A stretch of 64,000 bases of DNA, from positions 96,001 to 160,000 of the forward strand of contig CAVQBK010000002.1 of assembly GCA_963710755.1 (NCBI GenBank), given 5' to 3'. The translations under genes were made by a program, and so were the position numbers. The stretch comes from an uncultured bacterium (lineage in GTDB: Bacteria; Oederibacteriota; JAAXVQ01; JAUVAV01). Below the pieces are notes generated by a model that was not told where the DNA came from, made no database searches, and was given only the letters and a program-made list of their open reading frames with translations. How positions within the stretch are numbered: position 1 is the stretch's first letter; each line of letters opens with the position of its first letter. Positions 18,152 to 26,452 of the stretch are shown piece after piece.

Positions 18152-19432
18152 TTAAGTCCCGCTTTTTCTTCTCTCAAAAGGAATAATATTACTGGCTTCT
18201 TTGGAGGCCGCTTTTTTCCGGATTACCTTTTTCCCGTTTTTTTTGGCAACCTTGGGACGTGTACCGCTGACCGCGCTCTTTTTTACTGTTTTCTTGGTAG
18301 CTGGTCTGGCTGTTTTCTTAGTGGTTTTTTTCGCCACTTGTTTCTTTGCCGGCGTTTTTTCTTCATCTTTCTGCTTGGTGGGACGCCCGACTTTCTTTTT
18401 GGTCGTTTTCTTAACGGTTTTCTTAGTAGTCTTTTTCACCGTTTTCTTTTTCGGCTTTACCCGGGCAGCTTCAGAAATAGTAACTGCGGCGGCGGTTTGA
18501 GTTTCAGACGGAGCGGCCGGTTTTTTAACCGCCTTTTTATCTGCTCGACGAATGCGAGCTTTGGGTATTTCCGAAACGCCTATTGGCGTTTCTTTTAAAC
18601 TTGGCGCTGCCTGGACAGATTCCGGTGTTTTTTCCTGGACGGCCGGTGCTTCAGGTTCCACAGGATGCGGTGGCATTGGCTGGGGCATGGGCAGTTTCTC
18701 AGACCGACCTTGTTCTTTCGGTATTTCCTGTTCTTCTAAGTCGGGACGGACAATATTTTTTTCATCCGCTGCAAAAGTTTCGGACGTGTTGTCGTGATTG
18801 GGACTAGGTTGTTCAATCCCGGCCTTTGCGTTGGCCTCAGCTTCATGATCGTGAATGTTCTGACGACGGCGCAGAATAAGATAGGCCAGTATCAGGATAG
18901 CCAGAAGAATGATCAGCAGCACCCACCAGAGGCCAGCCTTCTTTTTAGCAGGCTGACTGGCTGCAGGCGAGGCCATGCCCACCACGGCAATAGGAGTGGG
19001 GGTCCAAAACGCACCCACCTCGGTGGGAACACCGTAGGCCCCTGCCGTCTTGTCGTTTTGAGATGTCCCGGTGGTGGTCGGGACCGCGGTAGGAACAAAG
19101 ACAAAGGGTTCCGATTGCGGTGCCAAGTTTTTAGCTTTTTCCGATTTAGGTTGGGTTGTGGTGCCTTGGGCAGGTATGGAGGCCAGAGCCTTGGCGCGGG
19201 ATTGACGGTCGTGGCCTTTACGGCGAGTGCTTACCGGTGGTACCAGGGTTGGCGTTGCCGCAACCTCCGCTATGGTTGTACTAACAGGTGTCTCCATGAT
19301 CGTGAGCGTGGCTGTAACCGTGGGACTGAGGTCGAGCGACGTAGCCTTCACGGTCTCCTTATTTTGGGCACAGGAAAGGATCCCCAGCAGGATTACCAGG
19401 GTTGTTGCCATTATCCATCTAAACCGATTCAT
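18152..19432 (-). CDS. Lipoprotein with an internal TM helix and a Lys-rich histone-H1-like C-terminal tail
   Basis: Lipobox ILSC at residue 21, Thr/Pro-rich segment, GLWWVLLIILLAILILAYLILRRR, C-terminal KKTVKKTTKK repeats; AAGGGGG RBS. Confidence 0.75.
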   Translation of the reverse strand: MNRFRWIMATTLVILLGILSCAQNKETVKATSLDLSPTVTATLTIMETPVSTTIAEVAATPTLVPPVSTRRKGHDRQSRAKALASIPAQGTTTQPKSEKAKNLAPQSEPFVFVPTAVPTTTGTSQNDKTAGAYGVPTEVGAFWTPTPIAVVGMASPAASQPAKKKAGLWWVLLIILLAILILAYLILRRRQNIHDHEAEANAKAGIEQPSPNHDNTSETFAADEKNIVRPDLEEQEIPKEQGRSEKLPMPQPMPPHPVEPEAPAVQEKTPESVQAAPSLKETPIGVSEIPKARIRRADKKAVKKPAAPSETQTAAAVTISEAARVKPKKKTVKKTTKKTVKKTTKKKVGRPTKQKDEEKTPAKKQVAKKTTKKTARPATKKTVKKSAVSGTRPKVAKKNGKKVIRKKAASKEASNIIPFERRKSGT

Positions 19433-19630
19433 TCGTCCCCCTTATGCTGATGGTTATGGTCACAGAAGGTAAAGAAAACTCGCCCACAGCATTGCCCTAA
19501 CTCACCCGATCAGGTCCACGGTACGGCAGGTGATCCTTGCTCCAAGCTTACAAACAGGGCTGCAAAATTCATCACTCATGATCTTAAAAGACTGTGGTGA
19601 AACAAACATCAAAACCGAAAAAGGACCGCA

Positions 19631-20147
19631 GCGAAGCGTCCCTTTCCTATAATATCTTTTCCGATCGGGGCTGCGAAGCGTCCCTTTCCTATAATATCTT
19701 TTCCGGTCGGGGCTGCGAAGCGTCCCTTTCCTATAATATCTTTTCCGATCGGGGCTGCGAAGCGTCCCTTTCCTATAATATCTTTTCCGATCGGGGCTGC
19801 GAAGCGTCCCTTTCCTATAATATCTTTTCCGATCGGGGCTGCGAAGCGTCCCTTTCCTATAATATCTTTTCCGGTCGGGGCTGCGAAGCATCCCTTTCCT
19901 ATAATATCTTTTCCGGTCGGGGCTGCGAAGCGTCCCTTTCCTATAATATCTTTTCCGGTCGGGGCTGCGAAGCGTCCCTTTCCTATAATATCTTTTCCGG
20001 TCGGGGCTGCGAAGCATCCCTTTCCTATAATATCTTTTCCGGTCGGGGCTGCGAAGCGTCCCTTTCCTATAATATCTTTTCCGGTCGGGGCTGCGAAGCG
20101 TCCCTTTCCTATAATATCTTTTCCGATCGGGGCTGCGAAGCATCCCT
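19631..20147. repeat. Tandem repeat, 42-bp unit x 12 plus a 13-bp partial unit
   Basis: Unit GCGAAGC(G/A)TCCCTTTCCTATAATATCTTTTCCG(A/G)TCGGGGCT starting at 19631, 19673 ... 20093, partial at 20135; no spacers. Confidence 0.99.
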
Positions 20148-20158
20148 CTGGCTGTTAC

Positions 20159-21559
20159 TTATTCAATACTGTATTCCTTCATTTTATTGTACAAGGTTTT
20201 ATAATCGATCCCGAGTTTTTTAGCGGTAATGGATCGATTCCAATGATAAGTTTCCAGTATGCGGCGGATTACTTTTTTTTCAACTTCCGCCACTTTGCTC
20301 TTTACTATTTCCTTCAGGGAAGCATTGGACAGATCAATGGCTTCCTCCTCGGCTGTGGTCATAAGTTCGGCCTTTGGTTCCACCGTGGCCAGAAGATTTT
20401 CTGGCAAATGTTTTTTCTCAATGACATCCTCGGCCAACACCACAGCCCGCTTGATGACATTTTTTAATTCCCGCACATTTCCGGGCCAAGGATATTTCAT
20501 GAACAAGCTCATCACATCAGGATCAATACCGGTCACCGCTTTATTAAAACGGTGACTAAACACATCCATAAAATTTTTAACCAGGATTTTTATATCTTCT
20601 TTTCTTTCCCGCAGTGGCGGCAGTCTTAATATGAATTCGTTGAGCCGATAATAGAGGTCTTCTCTAAAGCTGCCTTCCTGGATGGCTTTCTCAAGATGAA
20701 TGTTGGTGGCGGTAATGACCGTGCCGCTAAAGGGCAATTCTTCCTTGCCGCCAAGACGGGAAAATTTTTTCTCTTGCAGTACTCGCAGTAACTTAACCTG
20801 TACGGACACAGGCAAATTGCCGATCTCATCTAAGAACAACGTGCCGTGACCGGCTTGTTCAAAGCGGCCAATGCTGCGGCTGTAGGCTCCAGTAAAAGCA
20901 CCTCGTTCATAACCAAAGAGTTCACTCTCCACCAGATTCTCGGGCAGGGCCGCACAATCTACGGAAATAAAGGGTTCTTTAGCTCTTTTACTACGCACAT
21001 GCAGAGCCCGGGCAGTCAACTCCTTACCTGTGCCCGAATCCCCCCGGATCATGACCGTGATGTCATGGCGGGCAATGCGTTCGATGGTTTTAAGCAACTC
21101 TGAAATTTCCTGCGATTCACCGAGTATTTGCTCCGCGCTATTTTGCAATGCAATTTGGGTGCGTAGAGTCAACACCTCTTTTTGCAAGGCCATAGATTTC
21201 ATGGCGTTGCCTACTGTGATGATTAACTCATCCAAATTAACCGGTTTGGCTACGAAGTCATAGGCACCCAGTTTCATGCATTTAACGGCAGTGTCAATAT
21301 CACCGAAAGCTGATAGCATGATCACCTGGGCATCGGGGTACAAGTTGCGAACTTCTTGAAGGACTTGGATACCATCCATGGGTTGCATGCGGATATCCAA
21401 GAGGAAAAGATCAAATTTTTGATTTTTTGATAATTCAATGGCGCGGGGACCGTCATTGGCAATGACCGTGGTGTAGCCGGCATTTTTAAGGGCCTGCGAG
21501 ACAAACATGCAATGTTCCGGTTCATCGTCAACGATAAGAATCGTTCGGTCTTGGCTCAC
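20159..21559 (-). CDS. NtrC/AtoC-family sigma54-dependent response regulator
   Basis: REC (IVDDE, LDIRM), AAA+ GDSGTGKE, ESELFG, GAFTGA, WPGNVREL, C-terminal Fis HTH. Confidence 0.95.
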   Translation of the reverse strand: MSQDRTILIVDDEPEHCMFVSQALKNAGYTTVIANDGPRAIELSKNQKFDLFLLDIRMQPMDGIQVLQEVRNLYPDAQVIMLSAFGDIDTAVKCMKLGAYDFVAKPVNLDELIITVGNAMKSMALQKEVLTLRTQIALQNSAEQILGESQEISELLKTIERIARHDITVMIRGDSGTGKELTARALHVRSKRAKEPFISVDCAALPENLVESELFGYERGAFTGAYSRSIGRFEQAGHGTLFLDEIGNLPVSVQVKLLRVLQEKKFSRLGGKEELPFSGTVITATNIHLEKAIQEGSFREDLYYRLNEFILRLPPLRERKEDIKILVKNFMDVFSHRFNKAVTGIDPDVMSLFMKYPWPGNVRELKNVIKRAVVLAEDVIEKKHLPENLLATVEPKAELMTTAEEEAIDLSNASLKEIVKSKVAEVEKKVIRRILETYHWNRSITAKKLGIDYKTLYNKMKEYSIE

Positions 21560-21697
21560 TCTTGCTCCCGCTTTCTCTGATTTTTCACATTGTATGCATT
21601 AAGAAAGCGCTATGCAAGTTTTATTTTTGCACCATCGATACTTTAGCTTGGCCGGCTGTCACAGAACCAGCCAGCCGAGGTATTAAATAGGATAATT

Positions 21698-21771
21698 TGG
21701 AGGCGGCACTCGGAATCGAACCGAGGATGAGGATTTTGCAGACCCTAGCCTTACCACTTGGCGATGCCGCC
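21698..21771 (-). tRNA. tRNA-Cys(GCA)
   Basis: GGCGGCATCGCCAAGTGGTAAGGC...CT GCA AA...GGTTCGATTCC...GCCGCCTCCA. Confidence 0.97.
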
Positions 21772-21886
21772 TTAACTGCCGAAGAGACCACCACTGTTAC
21801 CGCCATTTTCCCGGACTGGCAGAAGCGTTGGCTATAAGCTTGAAAATGGAAACTGCCGGGTTGGATACCGGCAGTGACGTAGACGT

Positions 21887-21961
21887 TGGAGCGGGAAATG
21901 GGGATCGAACCCACGACATCTACCTTGGCAAGGTAGCGCTCTACCACTGAGCTATTCCCGC
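21887..21961 (-). tRNA. tRNA-Gly(GCC)
   Basis: GCGGGAATAGCTCAGTGGTAGAGC...TT GCC AA...GGTTCGATCCC...CCCGCTCCA. Confidence 0.98.
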
Positions 21962-21975
21962 ATCTGTAGGCGGAT

Positions 21976-22004
21976 ATAATACGCAAGGCTTTTTTTTATG
22001 TCAA
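21976..22004 (-). promoter_or_regulatory. sigma70 promoter of the tRNA-Gly/Cys operon
   Basis: Minus strand TTGACA-17 bp-TATTAT. Confidence 0.8.
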
Positions 22005-22074
22005 GATTTTTTTACCAGTTGCGAAACACCATTACAATGGTCTTATTTTATTCCCGAGGTTGTCTCCAGTAAGT

Positions 22075-22899
22075 TTAAACATCCACTTTAAGGCCCAGGT
22101 CGTTCCCCACACCCTCCACGACAGCTTCATCCACAATTTCCTTTTTCATCAGGAAACTTTCCAGCAAACAGTTATCGCAAACAGTATTAATCAAGCGGGG
22201 GATACCTTTGGAAAAAAGGAATATTTGCTTAAACGCCTCCGGGGTGAATAAATCTTTGGGATTGCCGCTGACTGTGATCCGATGGCGTATGTATTCAATG
22301 ACATCCTTTTCCTGCAGGCTTTGCAAGGTGAACTTCAAAGCGATCCGTTGTTGCAGGGGCGGATCAAGAGCAATGTTTTGTTCCAGTTCAGGCAGCCCGA
22401 TCAAACAGATGGACAATAATTTTTGCCCAGGTGCTTCCAGATTTAATAGCCCTCTGAATTCCTCAAATATTTGCCGGGTAATAAGCATGTTGGCCTCATC
22501 AATAATGACCACGGCTTTTTTTCCTTGCTCGTAGATCTCCATCAAGCGTTCGTAGAGTTGCGGTAGGATGACTGCTTTCTTGTCACCCGGTTCGGCCACA
22601 CCCAACTGGGAGGCGATTTTTTTCAGCAACCATTCCGCGGTGATCTCCGAATGGACGATTACCAACAAAGCAGCTTCATACTGGTTATCGTTCTCCAGCG
22701 TCTCCAATAATTTTCTAGCTAACAGGGTTTTTCCGCAGCCAATCTCCCCGACCATGACGGCCAACCCTTTCATGGTGCTGATGCAATGCATCAAACGAAC
22801 CAGAGCTTCCGAGTGCTGTCGGCTCTCGTAAAAAAATCGCGATTCAGGGGCGTTGGAAAAAGGTTGCTCATTCAGCCCAAAAAAGGCTTCGTAACTCAA
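22075..22899 (-). CDS. ExeA/GspA-family AAA ATPase
   Basis: YEAFFGLNEQPFS, Walker A GEIGCGKT, IIDEA, LIGLPEL, GIPRLINTVCD; TTG start after GGAGG. Confidence 0.9.
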   Translation of the reverse strand: MSYEAFFGLNEQPFSNAPESRFFYESRQHSEALVRLMHCISTMKGLAVMVGEIGCGKTLLARKLLETLENDNQYEAALLVIVHSEITAEWLLKKIASQLGVAEPGDKKAVILPQLYERLMEIYEQGKKAVVIIDEANMLITRQIFEEFRGLLNLEAPGQKLLSICLIGLPELEQNIALDPPLQQRIALKFTLQSLQEKDVIEYIRHRITVSGNPKDLFTPEAFKQIFLFSKGIPRLINTVCDNCLLESFLMKKEIVDEAVVEGVGNDLGLKVDV

Positions 22900-22915
22900 G
22901 GGAAAACCTCCTTAG

Positions 22916-25081
22916 TTATACATAGGATACACGACCCCGTCGTTTAGGGGGCGGTTCCTGGTCATCATCGGATGACTTGCTCTGACTTGGTTTGCTACTT
23001 TGATCAGTCTTGCCGGCAGATTCCGTCTTTTGTGCTTTGGCCTTTTGTTCAGCAGCCGCTTTTTCTTCCAAGGCCTTCTTTTCCGCAGCGACCTTGGCTT
23101 CCGCCGCTTTTTTATCCGCCGCGTTTTTTTCCTGCAAAGCAACTTCCGACTGCTTGCGCACCCGCTCCTGCTCCGCCATTTTACTTTCCAATTCCTCTTT
23201 TTTCAACTTGGCTTCTTGATTACCCGGTTCAATCTCAAGGATTTTTTGATAAATTTTCAATGCCTCGTTGAGCAAGCCTTGCTTGGTATAAATTTCCGCG
23301 ACCGTGACCGTCATGAATTCATCCTGACTGTCTCCGTCGATTTCATCCTCTTTATCATGGCCCAAGGTCTGAAACCCTCCGGCTTTTGAATTCTCATTTT
23401 TTGTAGCAGCAGCACTTTCCTTTCCGGACAGTCGTTGAGACCTGATTTTGGCCTCATGTTGGGCTTTTTCCCTTGCTTCCCGCTGCACTTGCTGGTCGTC
23501 GATCTCTCTTTCCTGATGATTGCTTTTACGCGCCACGGCGGTTTCAGGATTAATACCCGCGAACATTGCGTATACCCTGGTTAAAGCACTCTTAACGGTT
23601 TCATTTTGTGGATCTGTTTTTAATATTTTTTGATAAATTTCTATGGCTTCATCCAGCGATCCTTGTTGAATATAGGTGCCGGCGATATTCATCATCATCT
23701 GCATATTAGTTTCACTATCCACCGGAGTCACCGGAGCTGGCGGCGCTGGAGCTGGGACAGATTCCGGCTCCAGGGTAGGCGCCAAGGGTGGCTCCTCTTC
23801 GGGGGGCATTGATGATAGGGGTGGCGGTGCCTCCTGTGCTGGTGGTGTCTCTTGATTAACTTCGCCGCCCGTGATTTCTTTTGCCTTGGACCGCATTTGC
23901 GCTGCTGCATCGGTCTTACCCATGGACTCCAACACTCCAGCCAGGGCCAGACAAGCCTCTGCTGCCTGATTTTCCAAGCCTGCATTATAGGAAGCGTCGG
24001 CCAATTTCAGATACAATTCCTGATTGGTGCTGTTGAGCGCGATGGCCTGGGTAGCGCAGACAGCCGCGTTTTCCCATAATTCTTCCCCAGCAAATGCATC
24101 CATGGCTTGAGTGAATTTCTCGCAAGCCTTGGTAGTATCGCCCTGTGCTTTGGCTGTGTACGCCCAAGTTTCCAAAAGCTCGGGATTTTTATTGTCCACT
24201 TTCAGCAAACGCTCATAAAGTCCTGTGGCCTCTTCCGAACGATTGGCTTGCTGGTACAGTTGTGCCAGAAAAGTCAATCCGCCCTGGTGATTAACCTTAA
24301 ATTTTAAAAGGGTTTCAAATTCCTGGATGGCTTCTGCGTGATTTTGCTCCTGCAAAAACACCAATCCCAGATAATAATGGGCTTCGATACTTTTTAATTG
24401 AATAGCCTTCTGAGCAAAAACTTTGCCTCTTTCCAGATCACCATTTCTGATGAGCTGTTCCGCAGCATAGAGATACTCTTTTTTAGCATCTGAATCCGAC
24501 CCTTGTTTAGCAAAGGTTTCGGCCAAGGCAATATGGGCATGAATAAAGGTTGGTTTGATTTGAAGAATATGTTGAAATAGGGTAACAGCTTTGTCAAAAG
24601 CTTTAGCACTGTAAAACAAGTTGCCTAGAGCCAGGTAATATTTGGCGGCTTCGCCCATCAGCTGCTGCTTTTCCAATAATTGAGCCAACTGTTGCAGGGT
24701 TTCCTGATCTTTGGCATCTTTCTCAATGGTCTGTTTGAGGGACTTAATTTCCGCTGTTTCTTCGCCCTGTTTATCCGGCAGGGCTTGAAGTTCAGCTTCA
24801 AAATCGCCCACGCTATCAGGATCCAAACGAATCATGGCCTTTTGAATGGCCTCGATTTTTGAAGTTAAATGCTGTTTTTTACTAATAAGCAGGGCATGGC
24901 GGTAATGTTTTAGAGCCTCAGATACTTTCCCCAATTTCCCGTAGCAATAACCCGCCATCGTCAGTGGACTGGCATCGGTTGGATTGGCTTGGAAATATTG
25001 TTGGTAGTATTTTATAGCGTCTTCCAACTGTCCGTCTTTTAACGCCATAAATGCTGAACTTGCCAGCGATTTTTTTTCCAT
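22916..25081 (-). CDS. Large TPR protein with Pro-rich linkers
   Basis: Many TPR helices (e.g. AEIYTKQGLLNEALKIYQKILEIEPGN), low-complexity linkers, C-terminal KRRGRVSYV. Confidence 0.85.
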   Translation of the reverse strand: MEKKSLASSAFMALKDGQLEDAIKYYQQYFQANPTDASPLTMAGYCYGKLGKVSEALKHYRHALLISKKQHLTSKIEAIQKAMIRLDPDSVGDFEAELQALPDKQGEETAEIKSLKQTIEKDAKDQETLQQLAQLLEKQQLMGEAAKYYLALGNLFYSAKAFDKAVTLFQHILQIKPTFIHAHIALAETFAKQGSDSDAKKEYLYAAEQLIRNGDLERGKVFAQKAIQLKSIEAHYYLGLVFLQEQNHAEAIQEFETLLKFKVNHQGGLTFLAQLYQQANRSEEATGLYERLLKVDNKNPELLETWAYTAKAQGDTTKACEKFTQAMDAFAGEELWENAAVCATQAIALNSTNQELYLKLADASYNAGLENQAAEACLALAGVLESMGKTDAAAQMRSKAKEITGGEVNQETPPAQEAPPPLSSMPPEEEPPLAPTLEPESVPAPAPPAPVTPVDSETNMQMMMNIAGTYIQQGSLDEAIEIYQKILKTDPQNETVKSALTRVYAMFAGINPETAVARKSNHQEREIDDQQVQREAREKAQHEAKIRSQRLSGKESAAATKNENSKAGGFQTLGHDKEDEIDGDSQDEFMTVTVAEIYTKQGLLNEALKIYQKILEIEPGNQEAKLKKEELESKMAEQERVRKQSEVALQEKNAADKKAAEAKVAAEKKALEEKAAAEQKAKAQKTESAGKTDQSSKPSQSKSSDDDQEPPPKRRGRVSYV

Positions 25082-25258
25082 GGACTAACCTGCCCCTAAT
25101 AATTGCACAAAAAACCTATTATATTGGTTCACTCTATCACCGGCCTTTACCTAGTGTCAAGGTAAAACTCCGTCACTGGAAAAGCAAGCAATTTCAAGCC
25201 AAAACACTCTTCTCGGCTCGCGTCGGAACACAAGCCCAGACGAGCTCATGATTGGCTA

Positions 25259-25287
25259 TTGACAAAGTTTAAGTTTTTTCTTATGAT
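25259..25287 (+). promoter_or_regulatory. sigma70 promoter of tRNA-Leu
   Basis: TTGACA-17 bp-TATGAT, 10 bp before the tRNA. Confidence 0.8.
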
Positions 25288-25297
25288 CTAGCTCCGT

Positions 25298-25384
25298 GCC
25301 GGAGTGGTGAAATTGGTAGACGCAGGGGACTCAAAATCCTCCGCCCTCTGGGGCATGACGGTTCGAGTCCGTCCTCCGGCACCA
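25298..25384 (+). tRNA. tRNA-Leu(CAA)
   Basis: GCCGGAGTGGTGAAATTGGTAGAC...CT CAA AA, long variable arm, GGTTCGAGTCC...CCGGCACCA. Confidence 0.97.
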
Positions 25385-25408
25385 GCCTTGCTCCCTATTT
25401 TTTTCAAT

Positions 25409-25446
25409 AAAAAAGGGACCGTCCCAGCATAGGACGGTCCCTTTTT
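25409..25446. terminator. Bidirectional intrinsic terminator
   Basis: A6-GGGACCGTCC-loop-GGACGGTCCC-T5 between the convergent tRNA-Leu and MerR-GGDEF genes. Confidence 0.85.
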
Positions 25447-25459
25447 GTTTCTCTTTTTC

Positions 25460-26332
25460 TTAGGATGCCCGTTTGTCCACTACAAAATCACTTTTTTTCA
25501 TTGTTTGGGCATATTGCTTTAATTCATTGGCAATATCATCAATTTGAGCATAGTGCGCCAAATTTCGCCTTTCATTGGTCACCACAGAAACCGTTAGTGG
25601 CATAATGGGATACTTGAGTACTTCACCTTTACGATTTATATTTATAATGTAACTATTTTTCCGGTCTTCTCTGTCATATTGCTGTGAAATCAATTTGTCG
25701 AAATTTTCAATTAACTTAGAACATACCAAAGGATATTTTTCCGGTGAGGTAATAATGACGAAATTGTCCCCACCCAGATGACCAACTACGTCATTGGCAT
25801 TGCCATAATCCCTGGTCACATCAAAAATAATTAAAGCTGTGAATTTTAATAGCTTATCACCCCGTTGATAACCATATCTAAGGTTATAAGCACGAAAATT
25901 ATCCAAATCAATATAGCAAATCGCTGTTTTTGTGCCTTCCGATAGGCGTCGATCAATCTCTTGTTGGATAAAAAAGGGATCAGGCAAATTAGTCAGTGGA
26001 TGGACGCGTTGGGCGCCTTTGGAGTCGGCGTAACTATCTTCGATATCCTGAGAAACACTGAATTGGCTGGTTTCCTTGACTTTCTTCTTTAAGGTTTCAT
26101 CCTCTAAAAAGGCGGAGGAGGTTAACAAATCATTGATTCTTAAATTATTCTTTTCCAGTGTTTCTTTTAAGGTAATGATTTTCTTTACCATGGTTTTACT
26201 GTATTTGCGATGACCTGAGGGGACACGAACTGGAGTGATCAATCCAAGACTTTCCCAATAACGCAAGGTTCTCTCCGAAAGACCACTAAGTTTCGCGGTA
26301 GCACCAATCCCTATTAGTTTCTCTTTCATCAT
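25460..26332 (-). CDS. MerR-type HTH fused to a GGDEF-like domain (GGDNF)
   Basis: IGATAKLSGLSERTLRYWESLGLITP...GHRKYS; HPLTNLP, DLDNFRAYNLRYGYQRGD, GHLGGDNF. Confidence 0.85.
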   Translation of the reverse strand: MMKEKLIGIGATAKLSGLSERTLRYWESLGLITPVRVPSGHRKYSKTMVKKIITLKETLEKNNLRINDLLTSSAFLEDETLKKKVKETSQFSVSQDIEDSYADSKGAQRVHPLTNLPDPFFIQQEIDRRLSEGTKTAICYIDLDNFRAYNLRYGYQRGDKLLKFTALIIFDVTRDYGNANDVVGHLGGDNFVIITSPEKYPLVCSKLIENFDKLISQQYDREDRKNSYIININRKGEVLKYPIMPLTVSVVTNERRNLAHYAQIDDIANELKQYAQTMKKSDFVVDKRAS

Positions 26333-26452
26333 TGGCACCTACTTTGATTAGTTTGGCTAGGTTATACATCATTATTACAGGCATTAATTATTTTGTCAAC
26401 TTTACATTAAATGTTTTAGCAATTAATTTGTACATTTAAAAAAAAGTTAAAA

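Noticed and set aside
19631-20147. CRISPR or TIGR-type guide array
   Set aside because: Units abut with no unique spacers (only two biallelic positions), and no cas or Nop-domain gene is recognisable nearby.
19594-20223. Plus-strand ORF (EASLSYNIFSGRGC)n
   Set aside because: A by-product of a 42-bp unit; opposite to both neighbours, overlaps the regulator 3' end, and has no clear RBS.
21621-21986. 121-aa ORF
   Set aside because: Overlaps the tRNA-Gly and tRNA-Cys genes.
25298-26450. Genomic island integrated at tRNA-Leu
   Set aside because: The neighbour is AT-rich, but I saw no integrase or duplicated tRNA 3' end, and the AT-richness continues into tyrS.
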